From Bilabrum cf. latius (taxonomy: Eukaryota), in assembly GCA_965178125.1 (NCBI GenBank), contig OZ237775.1, forward strand, positions 555,984 through 575,983: a DNA stretch of 20,000 bases. The letters run 5' to 3'. How positions within the stretch are numbered: position 1 is the first letter of the stretch; every line of letters starts with the position of its first letter. A program made the position numbers and the translations under genes. Positions 1 to 12,600 of the stretch are shown here, in pieces. Below the pieces are notes generated by a model, which worked only from the letters and a program-made list of their open reading frames with translations, had not been told where the DNA came from and ran no database searches.

Positions 1-1672
1 GCCACCCCGAAGGCTGGGTGCGTCTCCTCAACGGCCCTCAGGAAGTCTGAGTGCGTCAGCTTGATGTCCTTCCTGTCGATGGCCTTGCTCAGGTCACTCG
101 GGTCGATCACCCTGGCCATCGCGAAGGAGCGCGCATTGCGCACCACCCTGGAGAGCTCTGCCCCGGTGAAGTTCTTGGACCTCTTGGCCACCTCGAGCAG
201 GTCTACACCCTCCCCCAGGAAGCCCTCCTTCTGGAGCTTGGACGTGTGGATGCCCAGGATCTGCTCGCGGCCGTGCTCTGAGGGAAGACCGATCTCGACG
301 TGCACCTCCAGCCGGCCGGGCCGCAGCAGGGCATCGTCGATCATGTCCTTCCGGTTAGTCATTCCGATGAGCAGCACGTTGTTGAGTGAGTCCACGCCGT
401 CGATCTTGGACAGCAGCTGGTTCACGATGGAGTCGTGCACGCCGGTGCCTCCCCCCACGGACCCCCTCTTCCTGCAGATGGCGTCCAGCTCATCCATGAT
501 GATGATGTGCAGCCCGCTCTCGTCTCCCTTCTCGGCCTGCTCCTTCTCGGCGTCCTCGAATAGCTCCCTGATCTTCTTCTCGCTCTCGCCCACGTACTTG
601 TCCAGAATGCTCGGGCCTTGCACCACCTTCGGCTCGGCGGCGTTCAGCGCCTTGCCGATCTGACGAGCGATGAGCGTCTTGCCGCAGCCTGGCGGCCCGA
701 ACAGCAACATGCCCCTCACGTGGTTGAGGCCCATGGCGTCGATCAGAGAGGGGGGCAGCAGCCTCGAGGCGAAGGCCTGTCTGAAGATGAGCTTGAACTC
801 CTCGTCCAGCCCGCCCACCCCGAGAGCCTGGAAGTTGAAGCCCTTCCCGAAGATCTGCTGCCGCTGGTTGGACGCGCTGCCCTTGAGCTTGAACTGCGCG
901 TCTTGCCCCTTGCGGACGGTCACCTCGGTGCTAGAGAGCACCTAGGCTAGGTGGCCCCCACCCGAAGAGCCCTCCTTGGCCGTACCAGCTGCCTCACGGG
1001 GAGTTACCACGTCGAACTCGCGCACCGTGAACTTGAGTGGGACATCCACCGTGGCTGCACCGCCGCTAGCCGCCGCGCCAGCCCCAGATCCGTCCGAGCT
1101 GGGGTCGTGCTTGAATTTCACTGCCCCTGCCTATCCTACTTTAAACACGTGGCCAGCGAAGTTTCTCTTGATTGTGTCTCCGATTTTCCCTGCATTTAAC
1201 GTGTACGAGCCGTACGATCCTTTCCCGACCTGCTGAACCTCCACCACGATTCTGGTAGCAAGGAATGGCGTGTCTGGACGCGCAACGAACCGAGATACCG
1301 GCACCGGCTGATTGAGGCGAAAGTTGCCTGCTAGTCTATGCAGCTAACCCATGCCAATGCCACTCATGGAAGTTCCAGGATGTGGACTGCGAAATGTCGT
1401 AGCACATTCCAGAAAAGTACAAATACTCTTGGATGCGCACTAATTCGACACGGATGCCGGTGCAAGAGTGATATAGACAATCAATATGAATCAAATTCTT
1501 ACATCACGCGTAAAGCAAGGTCGCCCACTTGGCAGAGCAGTCCCGCTTGCTTCGCTTTCTCTGCAGCCAGGTCGCCGCCTGCCAACTCCTCAAACGACTC
1601 CTGGGAGACTGAAGCAACATCCATCCACGCTAATGTTGAAACATCAGGAATTTTTTCTGATACGAGCTCCAT
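1..1672 (-). CDS. NSF: Vesicle-fusing ATPase NSF/Sec18 (N domain + D1 AAA+ domain), 3' end beyond window start; exons 1672-1503 and 1386-<1
   Basis: Hand translation gives [25 protein letters not shown], Walker [25 protein letters not shown], Walker [34 protein letters not shown] and [35 protein letters not shown]...TTTCGCAG intron at 1502-1387 keeps frame. Three in-frame TAG (942-944, 1131-1133, 1344-1346). Start codon is tentative. Confidence 0.95.
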
Positions 1673-2069
1673 CTTTACAGGAAAAATCCCCTCGAAGACA
1701 GTTAAATGCGGGACCTCCAGAACTGCAGCAAGCAATAATGTGTTTTGTCTTCATCTTGATGCCGTGCATTTCGGTTGCAACCGCAGTTCAGACTTGTCCA
1801 GAATTTGCAGGCCCTGTACAAGTGCGTCATACTATACAACGTTCGTGTGATGTAGCACATGTAGCGCTGGCATGTATTTATGGTTGAATGTACTGAGAGC
1901 TTGAACATGGAATCTGGTGTGGGGGCCGAGGCAAGGACATCACACGACAAGTGCGCAATCGCCCAGAGGTGCCGTCACGGCAAGGTAACCAGGCAATCGT
2001 CCCAGGCCGCCAAGCGCCTCGCTTGTCACTCCAGCCCCCGCTATGGCCCCACCCTGCCTGCCAGCGTCC

Positions 2070-3313
<1,244 letters not shown>

Positions 3314-3910
3314 CTAGCCGCAATGGCTACTCCCCAACATAGACCGAGCGCGGGCCGGAAGTTCGCAACTTGAATTTCTTGATAGCAAGCACCACTGGCA
3401 GTGCTGGTACACAGTAGGGGGATGGACAGCTGGGTGAGCTGGTGTAGCGGCTGATGGACCTCGTGGCATAGGTGCAGCCCAACTTGCAGCAATTGTCCCT
3501 AACGAACGGCACATGTGGGGTATTGATTGCTTCAAGGTGTTAACACTGTTAAGACGATCGGATCACGGCAAACCCTCGGACTCCAAGTGCCAGGCAGCCG
3601 CCTCGACAGCAGGCCTGGCTGCGTCCGCGTGAAGAATGTTGTGCGTTATCCCCCACCGCGTGTACACACCGTGCTTGTTCTTGAAATCAGACTCTTTCAA
3701 AGAAACTGAATCCAACAAAGGTGTGAAACGTCGCACCACTGCTCCGTTACTGTATTGCTCCCGCGGCCATCACATGAATGCGGGCGCATGAATAAATAAT
3801 GTTTTAGCCGTTCAGGCCGACACTTGATGCATCTCACCCAGCATGCTGATGCACTGATACCGGAACTCACGTGCTTATCCCAAACCGGTAAATAAACCGA
3901 CAGCACCAGA

Positions 3911-5614
3911 ATGCAGCACAATCGCGCACGGAAGGGCAATTGTGACCCCCAGGCTTGGTCTGATTACGCTCAAATCGTAAATAGTTCTCCCATGTCAGCT
4001 CACCAAGAGAATCAAGGTGCTGGAAAGCCCGGTAGGGTTTCCAGCAGTTCTGCAATGGTTTCGATTCCGCCACCTACTAGCAGGGCTGGATCTATTGGCA
4101 TAGCACTTCCCCTTAATACGGGGGGTGCAATGATACCAATGGTGCAAGCTACAGGCGGCGTGCGGCAATCGTAGCAGCACCAATAGCAGCAACAAGGGTT
4201 CGTTTGGCACGGCTCCATGCAACCACAGTCCTACCCAGCCGTGTATTCGGTATAGCCATTCCAGCGCGGTCCTTCAGTAGAGTTCAACTAGTCTGACTCG
4301 CGAATTGGCGTGACCAGCCAGACCCAGAGACCCCAGGGCGTCGCAGCGGCAGCGGCTGCTGCTGCAGCGGCAGCTTCACGGCGCTCTTAGGGCTCCGCGC
4401 CCCCTCCATCTTCAGCTCCCATATCTTCCGAGACCGGATCATCTGCATTAATTCAATCTGGGGAGTGGCTAGGCCCGCCGGCCAACTCGCAGCGCGTTCG
4501 GCCGACTGCAACCACGATGGCGCCCAATAAGGCCCGCAGCCGTTCGAAAGGACCTGGCCGCCGTGCTGTCTCGCCCGGGATTGCGCCATTGCGCCAACGT
4601 GTCAACTTTGTCGCTAGTGATGCCACCGGTTCAGCTAGCGCGGCTGTAGAGGCTGCGGCAGGGCAGGCCAGGCAGATGGCGATCCAAGCCCGCAGGTCGG
4701 GGCAGGGGAGCCACGCCCTGCAAGCGCGCCAGGCAGCAGCGGCCCGGGCGGTGGAGGAGGCCGCCGCAAGCGGGGGCATGCATGCCCACAGGCAGCTAGG
4801 CGCCGCCCCGCGTGCGCCAGGCACGGGGGCAGGGAACAGCGGCAGCTCGCCCAGCAAGGTGGCGCAGGCAGCCGCCGCCGCCGCTGCTGCAGCCGCGCTG
4901 GCCAGCGGCAAGCAGCGAGGTGCCAAGGTTGATTCAATCGGGGCTTCTTCTAGCGATAGTCGGGCTGTCATGCTCGCGGCTGACGCTGCAGGAGGCTCGT
5001 CTCCATCCTTTGGCTTCGCTGTCAAGAAGAGCTCCAAGCGGCAGGGGCCGCGCATTCGCGGTCAGTACCAGCGGGCATGCACGTACTGCCAATCCCAGCG
5101 AAAGAAGTGTGACGGATAGCGCCCATGCGCTCGCTGTGTGCAGAGAGGTCCCCTTGCGGCCGCGCAGTGCAGGGACGGGCTGGACCTACGGCGGGGAGAA
5201 GGGCAGGCGAGGGCGAGGGGGCTGCTGCAGCCAGGAAGGGGCAGGGGCAGGGGCCGCGGCAGGGGAAGAGGTAGGGGCAAGCCCGCGACCGAAGGCGATG
5301 GAATGGACAGCTCGGGCGGGCGGGGCCGCAGGCGAGGTGGGCGTGGCAACAACAATAACAGCAGGCCGGCGGCACAGGCACACGACCCGCTGGCCGAGCT
5401 GGGCAGGAGGCAGGAGGCAGCCGAGACGCTAGCCACCGCGGTTGGGCAGGGCTTTCCCACGAGCATGGGCCAGTCTGCAGCTGCGGCTAGTGCTGCCAGC
5501 AAAGCCAAGGCTGCTGCAACCGCAGCAGCCGCTGCTGCGGCAGCGGGAGCCCAGTCACGTGGCGCCTCCCGCCCCATGAACAACGGAGCAAAGCGCCGGA
5601 GAGTTGGCCACTGA
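3911..5614 (+). CDS. Zn2Cys6 (GAL4-type zinc binuclear cluster) transcription factor-like protein, ~567 aa with TAG=Gln; Q/A-rich low-complexity regions and a GR-repeat
   Basis: ORF-track pieces 3911-4174, 4517-5119 and 5138-5614 are one frame separated only by TAG (4172, 4184, 4253, 4289, 4388, 5117). The motif CTYC-QSQRKK-C-DG[TAG]RP-C-AR-C-VQRGPLAAAQ-C spans the TAG at 5117. Ends in TGA. Confidence 0.85.
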
Positions 5615-5780
5615 TGTCGTGCTTTCTCGTGCGTTGCACTGCTCAGCAGAAATCAATTTGCTGTGGACTAGTAGCGATTCAGGATGATGCGTCTGGCAGC
5701 GGTGCTCATCTCTAATTGAGACTGCCCCGAAGGCCGCGCTTCAATCATTCAATACCGAGCTTAAGACATACAACTGCGCT

Positions 5781-8210
5781 TCATCTTGCCCCTGCCCTCT
5801 CTTTCAGGGCCGTTTCTGCCTCCATAGCTTCTTTATCCACCTCTTCCCAACGCTTCCTGCGCTCTTCTCGCCTGGCCTTTTCTTCAATCTCGTCGCGTTC
5901 AGCTTGCGCTTTCGCCTCTGCGAATGCCTTCGGGGCCACACTCTCGTAGTGCTACAAGCAGCTCTGGGCTAGTGAAGCCACGGTCGGGGACCAGTGCCCG
6001 CTGGCAGCTCTTGTGAGCGGCGGCAAAAGGGCTGGAAGGAGTACTGGCAAGAACGACACTGACAAGCAGCCGTTCAGCAAAGCATCGTTGTTCCATAGGA
6101 ACAGTGATCTCTCTGCAATCGCAAATGAAGGAGACCCGACGCAGCGACCAAGCAGCCGAAAGAGGGGCTTCGCGACCGGAGCCAGCTAGTCTGATGGCGT
6201 AACCTCGAGCAGCTCTTCCAGGCAATTGAGCATCAAGACTGCGGTGAATATCAGCAAACAACGGCTCGGTTACCATCGTATGAAGGCGCCTACATACAAG
6301 TAGCCTAGGCAAGGCATGCAACCCGGGCACATGCTCACCTTGCTTCTAGGAGTTGGACCAGGGCCAAACTTTGCAAATGCCCAGCAGGATGGCCGATGCC
6401 AACGCGGCGTCCTTGGCGATAAACTGGCAAAGGCAGTACGACAGTTGCTGCTGGTAGAGAGACAGCCACCTCGGTCGAAAGAGCGGCAGCAGCACACGCT
6501 CCAGAAATAGCCTGTGCTCGTCCTGCGCCGAGAGAGAGTCTCGAGTGGGGTGCCAGTGGGCGCATTTGGATCGCTGCAGGGAGAGAGCAAGCAGGGCATG
6601 CAAGCGAGTCAGGTCATGCGTCTCCCTCACAGCCAGAGGCAGGGAGAACCCGCTGACGATAGCCCCGTACACCTCGAGCAGCTCGGCCACTCCCAGGTGC
6701 CGGCCCGACTCGAACACGAAGCCGAAAAGGGTGTTGGCCATGGCCCGCCGGATGAAAGGCCGGTGTGACATGAGCTTCCCGTAGGCTCGGTGCAGGCACG
6801 TCTTCACGTAGTCCCTCTCGCGGGGGTCCTCCGTGTCGAATCGCTCGCTGCATGTGGCAGGATGGGCATCGGACGAGACTAGGCAGGATGGGGGCACTGT
6901 GGGGAGAGGACCGGGCGGGGCATTCCGCGAGCCTATACTCACATGAGTCTCATGAGGAATTTCTAGTCGATCGCCCCCTGTCTCTTCACATCCTTGGCCT
7001 TGGTTGCGGAAGACACGATGAAACGGAGGAGGTACTCGTACACCACAGTCAGGTGCGGCCAGGCGGGCTCGAGACACGGCTCGTCCTCCTCGGGGTCGTA
7101 CTCGTCAGAGGTGGGGGGCGTGTCTCGGAAGAGGTTGGCGGCCAGCATCTGGCAGATAGCCTTCTGGTACTTGGACCCGAAGAACCGCTTGCCCTCCTCT
7201 GTGGCGGAGAAGTCCACCAGCTCGAGCAAAGTCCGCTTCTTCTCGTCCTTGCCGCGCTCCTGGGCCTCCAGCCACCGCCTGTCCTCCGGACTTGCCAGCG
7301 AGCCCAGGTCTGATTCCCAGTCGAACATGACGCAGCAGAGCCTCAGCTTATCCAGGAAGAGCTGGTCGCGACTGCGGCTGTCCGTCACATCGCGCAGCAT
7401 CGGCAACCGCCGGAGAGATCCCGCGCCGCCAGAGACACCGACTGCGCGACTGCTCCGACTACTGCTCGGATCACCTGCCCTAGCTGCGCCGACAGCTGAT
7501 GGGCCGTGTGCCTCCCCATCGACGTCTCGACTGCTTGAGCTGCGCCTTCCTAGCCCACCGGTGGACCGCCCTGTCCCAGCGTCACCCCCTAGCGTTCGTG
7601 AGCTTGATGTAGTTGCTGGCCCAATAGTATTGGACCGCAATGACGCCCCTGTTGGAGGCCCTTTGGAGCCTCGACTGCGGTCGACGGATAACCGGTTCGT
7701 GTGCAGGCAGAAAACGAATACCGGGTGTCCCAGTTTAGGGCTTAACCAGAGCCTTTAGCAAAGCATGAGACACTTCAAAAGATAAATTTTCCACTGTAAC
7801 AAATCTCGATTCTAGCGAGATCCGCGATGCAAGCTAAATGATCGAGCAACTCAGGAAAGAGCAACTTGAAGGGTGTTGGCAAGGTGAAAATCGCATCGAG
7901 CCCAAATTTGATGCTTGGTTCAACAAAGTTTCAAACTATCTCACCGCTGTCGGGATCGTTTTCTGGCAGGCAGAGCGAGATCTGAGGATGGGGTTTGTTC
8001 TACACCAGCCGCGGCAGCATGATCTGCCTTCTGAGGGCCGGAGTGAGTCTTAAGCTCTTGTCCTGACCCTGATAATACACTTTTAGAAGACATACTGCGT
8101 GTTGAACTATTATTTTCTCTATATACAGCTGGTACCCCGCCTCTTCGCTTGTCGTCGTGTTCGCCGTGTGAACTGTCAGGATCCTTTCGCAGGCTAGCCG
8201 TACCAGACAT
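5781..8210 (-). CDS. PPP2R5: Protein phosphatase 2A regulatory subunit B'/B56 family, ~618 aa; exons 8210-7945 (tentative), 7674-6943, 6847-6631, 6522-6339, 6238-5781
   Basis: B56 motifs LFLDKLRLCCVMFDW, EYDPEEDEPCLEPAWPHLTVVYEYLLRF, ID[TAG]KFL, FDTEDPRERDYVKTCLHRAYGK, GVAELLEVYG, WPWSNS[TAG]KQV, IAERSLFLWNND and GHWSPTV. GT-AG introns with consistent phases. In-frame TAG at 6963, 6346, 6186, 5952; TGA stop at 5781-5783. The first exon is inferred from phase compatibility only. Confidence 0.92.
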
Positions 8211-8786
8211 GCACTGATACTGCAATACGAAACTATACTCATATGCATTTGTGAAGTGGCTGACGCGGTAACGGCAATTAGACAAGGCTGCAGCGATCAG
8301 CGATTCAGGAAATAGGCAGCCCCACACTCAACGAGATGGACATTGCCGGTTGCCAAGCCAGCCTTTTATAAAGTACAAGTCAATGATTCATGTACGCTAG
8401 GCTTACCTTGCCGCAACTCGGTTCAGTTTAGATACAGTCGGCCCAACCCTGAATCAGCGGAATTCAGCGATCAGGCCGCTCAACCTATGAAGCAACTGAG
8501 CCACTGCTATGCCAGCGCACACCCAACAAAGGTTTGAACTCAAGAACGCACTTGTATGGTGTTCACTCGTCTGGGTCGCTTTTTGTGGGATCTGTGGTTC
8601 GACCTGCGACAGAAAATTCGTCGCAACTTGAAGCTCCGTTTGCGAACTGCCATCGTGGTCGCAACCAGTGCCGGTACCGAAATAGCATAAACACCGGCAT
8701 TATACAAATATCATTCAATCTTTCAAGTTTTCCTATCGCGGCTCATGCACTATCATACAACGCCTAATACAGTCTAGCAGCCCACC

Positions 8787-9390
8787 GAGCACCCCAGCAC
8801 CCGATCCTGCCGCGAGATCTGGCAGTCCATGTGCCACGCGCTCCACTACTCCACCCAGCACCCCAGCACCCCAGCACCCCAGCACCCGATCCTGCCGCGA
8901 GATCTGGCAGTCCATGTGCCGCGCGCTCCACCTGTCCACCCAGCACCCCAGCACCCCAGCACCCGATTCTGCCGCGAGATCTGGCAGTCCATGTGCCGCG
9001 CGCTCCACCTGTCTACCTAGCACCCCAGCACCCCAGCACCCCAGCACCCCAGCACCCCAGCACCCGATCCTGCCGCGAGATCTGGCAGTCCATGTGCTGC
9101 GCGCTCCACCTGTCCACCCAGCACCCCAGCACCCCAGCACCCGATCCTGCCGCGAGATCTGGCAGTCCATGTGCCGCGCGCTCCACCTGTCCACCCAGCA
9201 CCCCAGCACCCCAGCACCCGATCCTGCGGCGAGATCTGGCAGTCCATGTGCTGCGCGCTCCACCTGTCTACCTAGCACCCCAGCACCCCAGCACCCCAGC
9301 ACCCCAGCACCCGATCCTGCCGCGAGATCTGGCAGTCCATGTGCCGCACGCTCCACCTGTCTACCCAGCACCCCAGCACCCCAGCACCCG
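8787..9390. repeat. Subtelomeric nested satellite: 7 copies of a ~55-bp core separated by variable numbers of the octamer CCCCAGCA
   Basis: Core CCGATCCTGCCGCGAGATCTGGCAGTCCATGTGCCGCGCGCTCCACCTGTCCA recurs with periods of about 85, 77, 101, 77, 77 and 93 bp, i.e. differences in multiples of 8. It directly abuts the telomeric array. Confidence 0.95.
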
Positions 9391-9391
9391 A

Positions 9392-11016
9392 CTAGGCTTA
9401 GGGGTTTAGGTTTAGGGTTAGGGTTAGGGTTAGGGTTAGGGTTAGGGTTAGGGTTAGGGTTAGGGTTAGGGTTAGGGTTAGGGTTAGGGTTAGGGTTAGG
9501 GTTAGGGTTAGGGTTAGGGTTAGGGTTAGGGTTAGGGTTAGGGTTAGGGTTAGGGTTAGGGTTAGGGTTAGGGTTAGGGTTAGGGTTAGGGTTAGGGTTA
9601 GGGTTAGGGTTAGGGTTAGGGTTAGGGTTAGGGTTAGGGTTAGGGTTAGGGTTAGGGTTAGGGTTAGGGTTAGGGTTAGGGTTAGGGTTAGGGTTAGGGT
9701 TAGGGTTAGGGTTAGGGTTAGGGTTAGGGTTAGGGTTAGGGTTAGGGTTAGGGTTAGGGTTAGGGTTAGGGTTAGGGTTAGGGTTAGGGTTAGGGTTAGG
9801 GTTAGGGTTAGGGTTAGGGTTAGGGTTAGGGTTAGGGTTAGGGTTAGGGTTAGGGTTAGGGTTAGGGTTAGGGTTAGGGTTAGGGTTAGGGTTAGGGTTA
9901 GGGTTAGGGTTAGGGTTAGGGTTAGGGTTAGGGTTAGGGTTAGGGTTAGGGTTAGGGTTAGGGTTAGGGTTAGGGTTAGGGTTAGGGTTAGGGTTAGGGT
10001 TAGGGTTAGGGTTAGGGTTAGGGTTAGGGTTAGGGTTAGGGTTAGGGTTAGGGTTAGGGTTAGGGTTAGGGTTAGGGTTAGGGTTAGGGTTAGGGTTAGG
10101 GTTAGGGTTAGGGTTAGGGTTAGGGTTAGGGTTAGGGTTAGGGTTAGGGTTAGGGTTAGGGTTAGGGTTAGGGTTAGGGTTAGGGTTAGGGTTAGGGTTA
10201 GGGTTAGGGTTAGGGTTAGGGTTAGGGTTAGGGTTAGGGTTAGGGTTAGGGTTAGGGTTAGGGTTAGGGTTAGGGTTAGGGTTAGGGTTAGGGTTAGGGT
10301 TAGGGTTAGGGTTAGGGTTAGGGTTAGGGTTAGGGTTAGGGTTAGGGTTAGGGTTAGGGTTAGGGTTAGGGTTAGGGTTAGGGTTAGGGTTAGGGTTAGG
10401 GTTAGGGTTAGGGTTAGGGTTAGGGTTAGGGTTAGGGTTAGGGTTAGGGTTAGGGTTAGGGTTAGGGTTAGGGTTAGGGTTAGGGTTAGGGTTAGGGTTA
10501 GGGTTAGGGTTAGGGTTAGGGTTAGGGTTAGGGTTAGGGTTAGGGTTAGGGTTAGGGTTAGGGTTAGGGTTAGGGTTAGGGTTAGGGTTAGGGTTAGGGT
10601 TAGGGTTAGGGTTAGGGTTAGGGTTAGGGTTAGGGTTAGGGTTAGGGTTAGGGTTAGGGTTAGGGTTAGGGTTAGGGTTAGGGTTAGGGTTAGGGTTAGG
10701 GTTAGGGTTAGGGTTAGGGTTAGGGTTAGGGTTAGGGTTAGGGTTAGGGTTAGGGTTAGGGTTAGGGTTAGGGTTAGGGTTAGGGTTAGGGTTAGGGTTA
10801 GGGTTAGGGTTAGGGTTAGGGTTAGGGTTAGGGTTAGGGTTAGGGTTAGGGTTAGGGTTAGGGTTAGGGTTAGGGTTAGGGTTAGGGTTAGGGTTAGGGT
10901 TAGGGTTAGGGTTAGGGTTAGGGTTAGGGTTAGGGTTAGGGTTAGGGTTAGGGTTAGGGTTAGGGTTAGGGTTAGGGTTAGGGTTAGGGTTAGGGTTAGG
11001 GTTAGGGTTAGGGTTA
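9392..11016 (+). repeat. Telomeric repeat array (TTAGGG)n, about 267 perfect units, with degenerate units at the proximal edge
   Basis: Variants CTAGGC, TTAGGGG and TTTAGG at 9392-9411, then uninterrupted TTAGGG from 9412, ending GGGTTA at 11016. The G-rich strand runs 5'->3' away from the host genes. Confidence 0.99.
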
Positions 11017-11049
11017 CAGTACCATCCTAGGCCAGGCCCGGGCGCCGCG

Positions 11050-11087
11050 AAAGTATCATGTTCCGCAAAAAGTATCATGTTCCGCAA
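11050..11087 (+). repeat. Perfect 19-bp tandem direct repeat (AAAGTATCATGTTCCGCAA x2) 33 bp from the telomere junction
   Basis: Seen directly at 11050-11068 and 11069-11087. Confidence 0.9.
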
Positions 11088-11188
11088 AGACGGTGTTGCC
11101 GCGCAGTGTCCAAGTGGTCGCAAGATCGCACTGAGGCAGATCTGGGCCAGTTGCAGATATGCAAGCAGTCGACAAGAGGTGCAAGTGA

Positions 11189-11728
11189 TTAGCAATGCAT
11201 ATTTGGTGTATGATTATGCTTGTCTGCTTGGTTTACAATGAATCTCGGCCTCGGTCTCCTCGGTGGTGCTGCCCGTGGGTGACGAGCACCCAGGGGGCTG
11301 CACGGGATGGACGCCCACCCGGCGAGTCTGGACCAAACCGCGTCGTGCAAATTGGGTTTGCCAAGGAGGTGTGCCCTGCTGTGTTTCGCCCGCGAGAATA
11401 GGGGGTTGTCTCCCCGTCGGGCAGGTGCTCCATCCAGCTCGCCCGTCCGTGACTGAGACAGCACGGGCCGCGACAAGTGCGCGAGCCCGGGGATCAAGTC
11501 AGCGGCCGATGGCAGCGAGCCGGCATGAAGCGCGTGCACGAGGAGCTTGCGCTTCCCATGCACTGCCTGCCCCACCTCATTGCGGATCTGGGACATCAGG
11601 TTCATCGTGTTGCCACACACACCTCCACACTCGACGATCGGATCTACAGAGACACCTGTCCCGGGATGCTGCTCCTCGTCATTGGCCTGCTCCTTCTCGC
11701 CCCGGGGGCACGCGCTGCCTCGAAGCAC
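11189..11728 (-). CDS. Possible hypothetical protein or terminal exon (179 codons, TAA stop)
   Basis: Open frame across a GC-rich block. No recognisable motif and no ATG at the frame start. Confidence 0.2.
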   Translation of the reverse strand: MLRGSACPRGEKEQANDEEQHPGTGVSVDPIVECGGVCGNTMNLMSQIRNEVGQAVHGKRKLLVHALHAGSLPSAADLIPGLAHLSRPVLSQSRTGELDGAPARRGDNPLFSRAKHSRAHLLGKPNLHDAVWSRLAGWASIPCSPLGARHPRAAPPRRPRPRFIVNQADKHNHTPNMHC

Positions 11729-12582
11729 GCACCCGCGCTCCCGCCCGACTCAAGGACTGATTGCTGGGAGGGTGCGCGGGCAGCCGCGTGAGAGGATGAC
11801 GGGCGTGCCGCCGAAGGCCGAGTCCAGGAGCTGGGGACGGGACGCATCGTTGGGACTGCCCTGAGGAGACCAAAGAATCAACCGCCATCCGTACGGATCC
11901 CTATACGGTTGGCCGGTCTGACTCTCTGCTCGCCCACCGCACAGATCTGCTCAGTTCCATGCAATGTTTGCCAGAAGCGGCGAGAGGGTCTCATCAGCAC
12001 AGGTGGGTCCTAAAGGCTGCCTGCAATGCATAGAAAAAGAATATATCGATTGAAACTAATTAATAGCCCCTCGATGCATGGCAACATACCCGAGTGCTGC
12101 CATGAAAACCGGACAACGCACAAGCACGTTAGCAGACCAGCGATGATCCCATACAGATGCCAGAACCTAACAGAAACACCAACAATCAATTTGAATGAAT
12201 ACAATAGAATCAAAATACCTGGCGGTTGTTGTACTCGGGCTATGCGGTACCTAGCTGTTCTGTCTGCAAACGCCATGGCGCGCCCCAATGAGGCGAGACC
12301 AAAAGCAGACCCACAGCAGCATGTCACCTTGAACATACAACGACATATGGCAGTAAGTGGTAATTAACATGAATCCCAACAGGCCTCAGTACAGTTGAGC
12401 CGGTATGTGGCGCTGAGAGGTGTGGTTGCGCCAGAATCCGCAAACGGTCGTGAACAGCGGAACCAGCATGCGCGGCGCCGAGGACGTCCAGCAGGGCAAG
12501 CCTGTAGCAGGGTGTGCACCGGTTCACGGTACCGATGCTTGGATGTTTGTGGGCTAGGAATCTGTTTTGTAATACACATGAT

Positions 12583-12600
12583 AGGGTTAGCCCTAACCCT
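12583..12600. repeat. Head-to-head telomeric palindrome AGGGTTAG-CC-CTAACCCT
   Basis: 8-bp perfect inverted repeat made of telomeric sequence, about 260 bp downstream of the giant gene's stop codon. Confidence 0.75.

Noticed and set aside
51-1236. Plus-strand ORFs of 76-200 aa over NSF (likewise 6994-7758 over B56)
   Set aside because: Antisense shadows of GC-rich coding sequence.
7755-7766. ATG CTT TGC TAA in frame upstream of B56, suggesting TAA read-through
   Set aside because: A phase-compatible GT-AG intron (7944-7675) removes it and links to an upstream open exon. No other in-frame TAA was found. RNA-seq would settle it.
8787-9390. CRISPR-like repeat/spacer appearance of the satellite
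   Set aside because: The spacers are only copies of CCCCAGCA, the context is eukaryotic, and there are no cas genes.
8733-11241. 820-aa (PN)n and 775-aa (GL)n ORFs in the ORF track
   Set aside because: Artefacts of translating the telomeric hexamer and the satellite.
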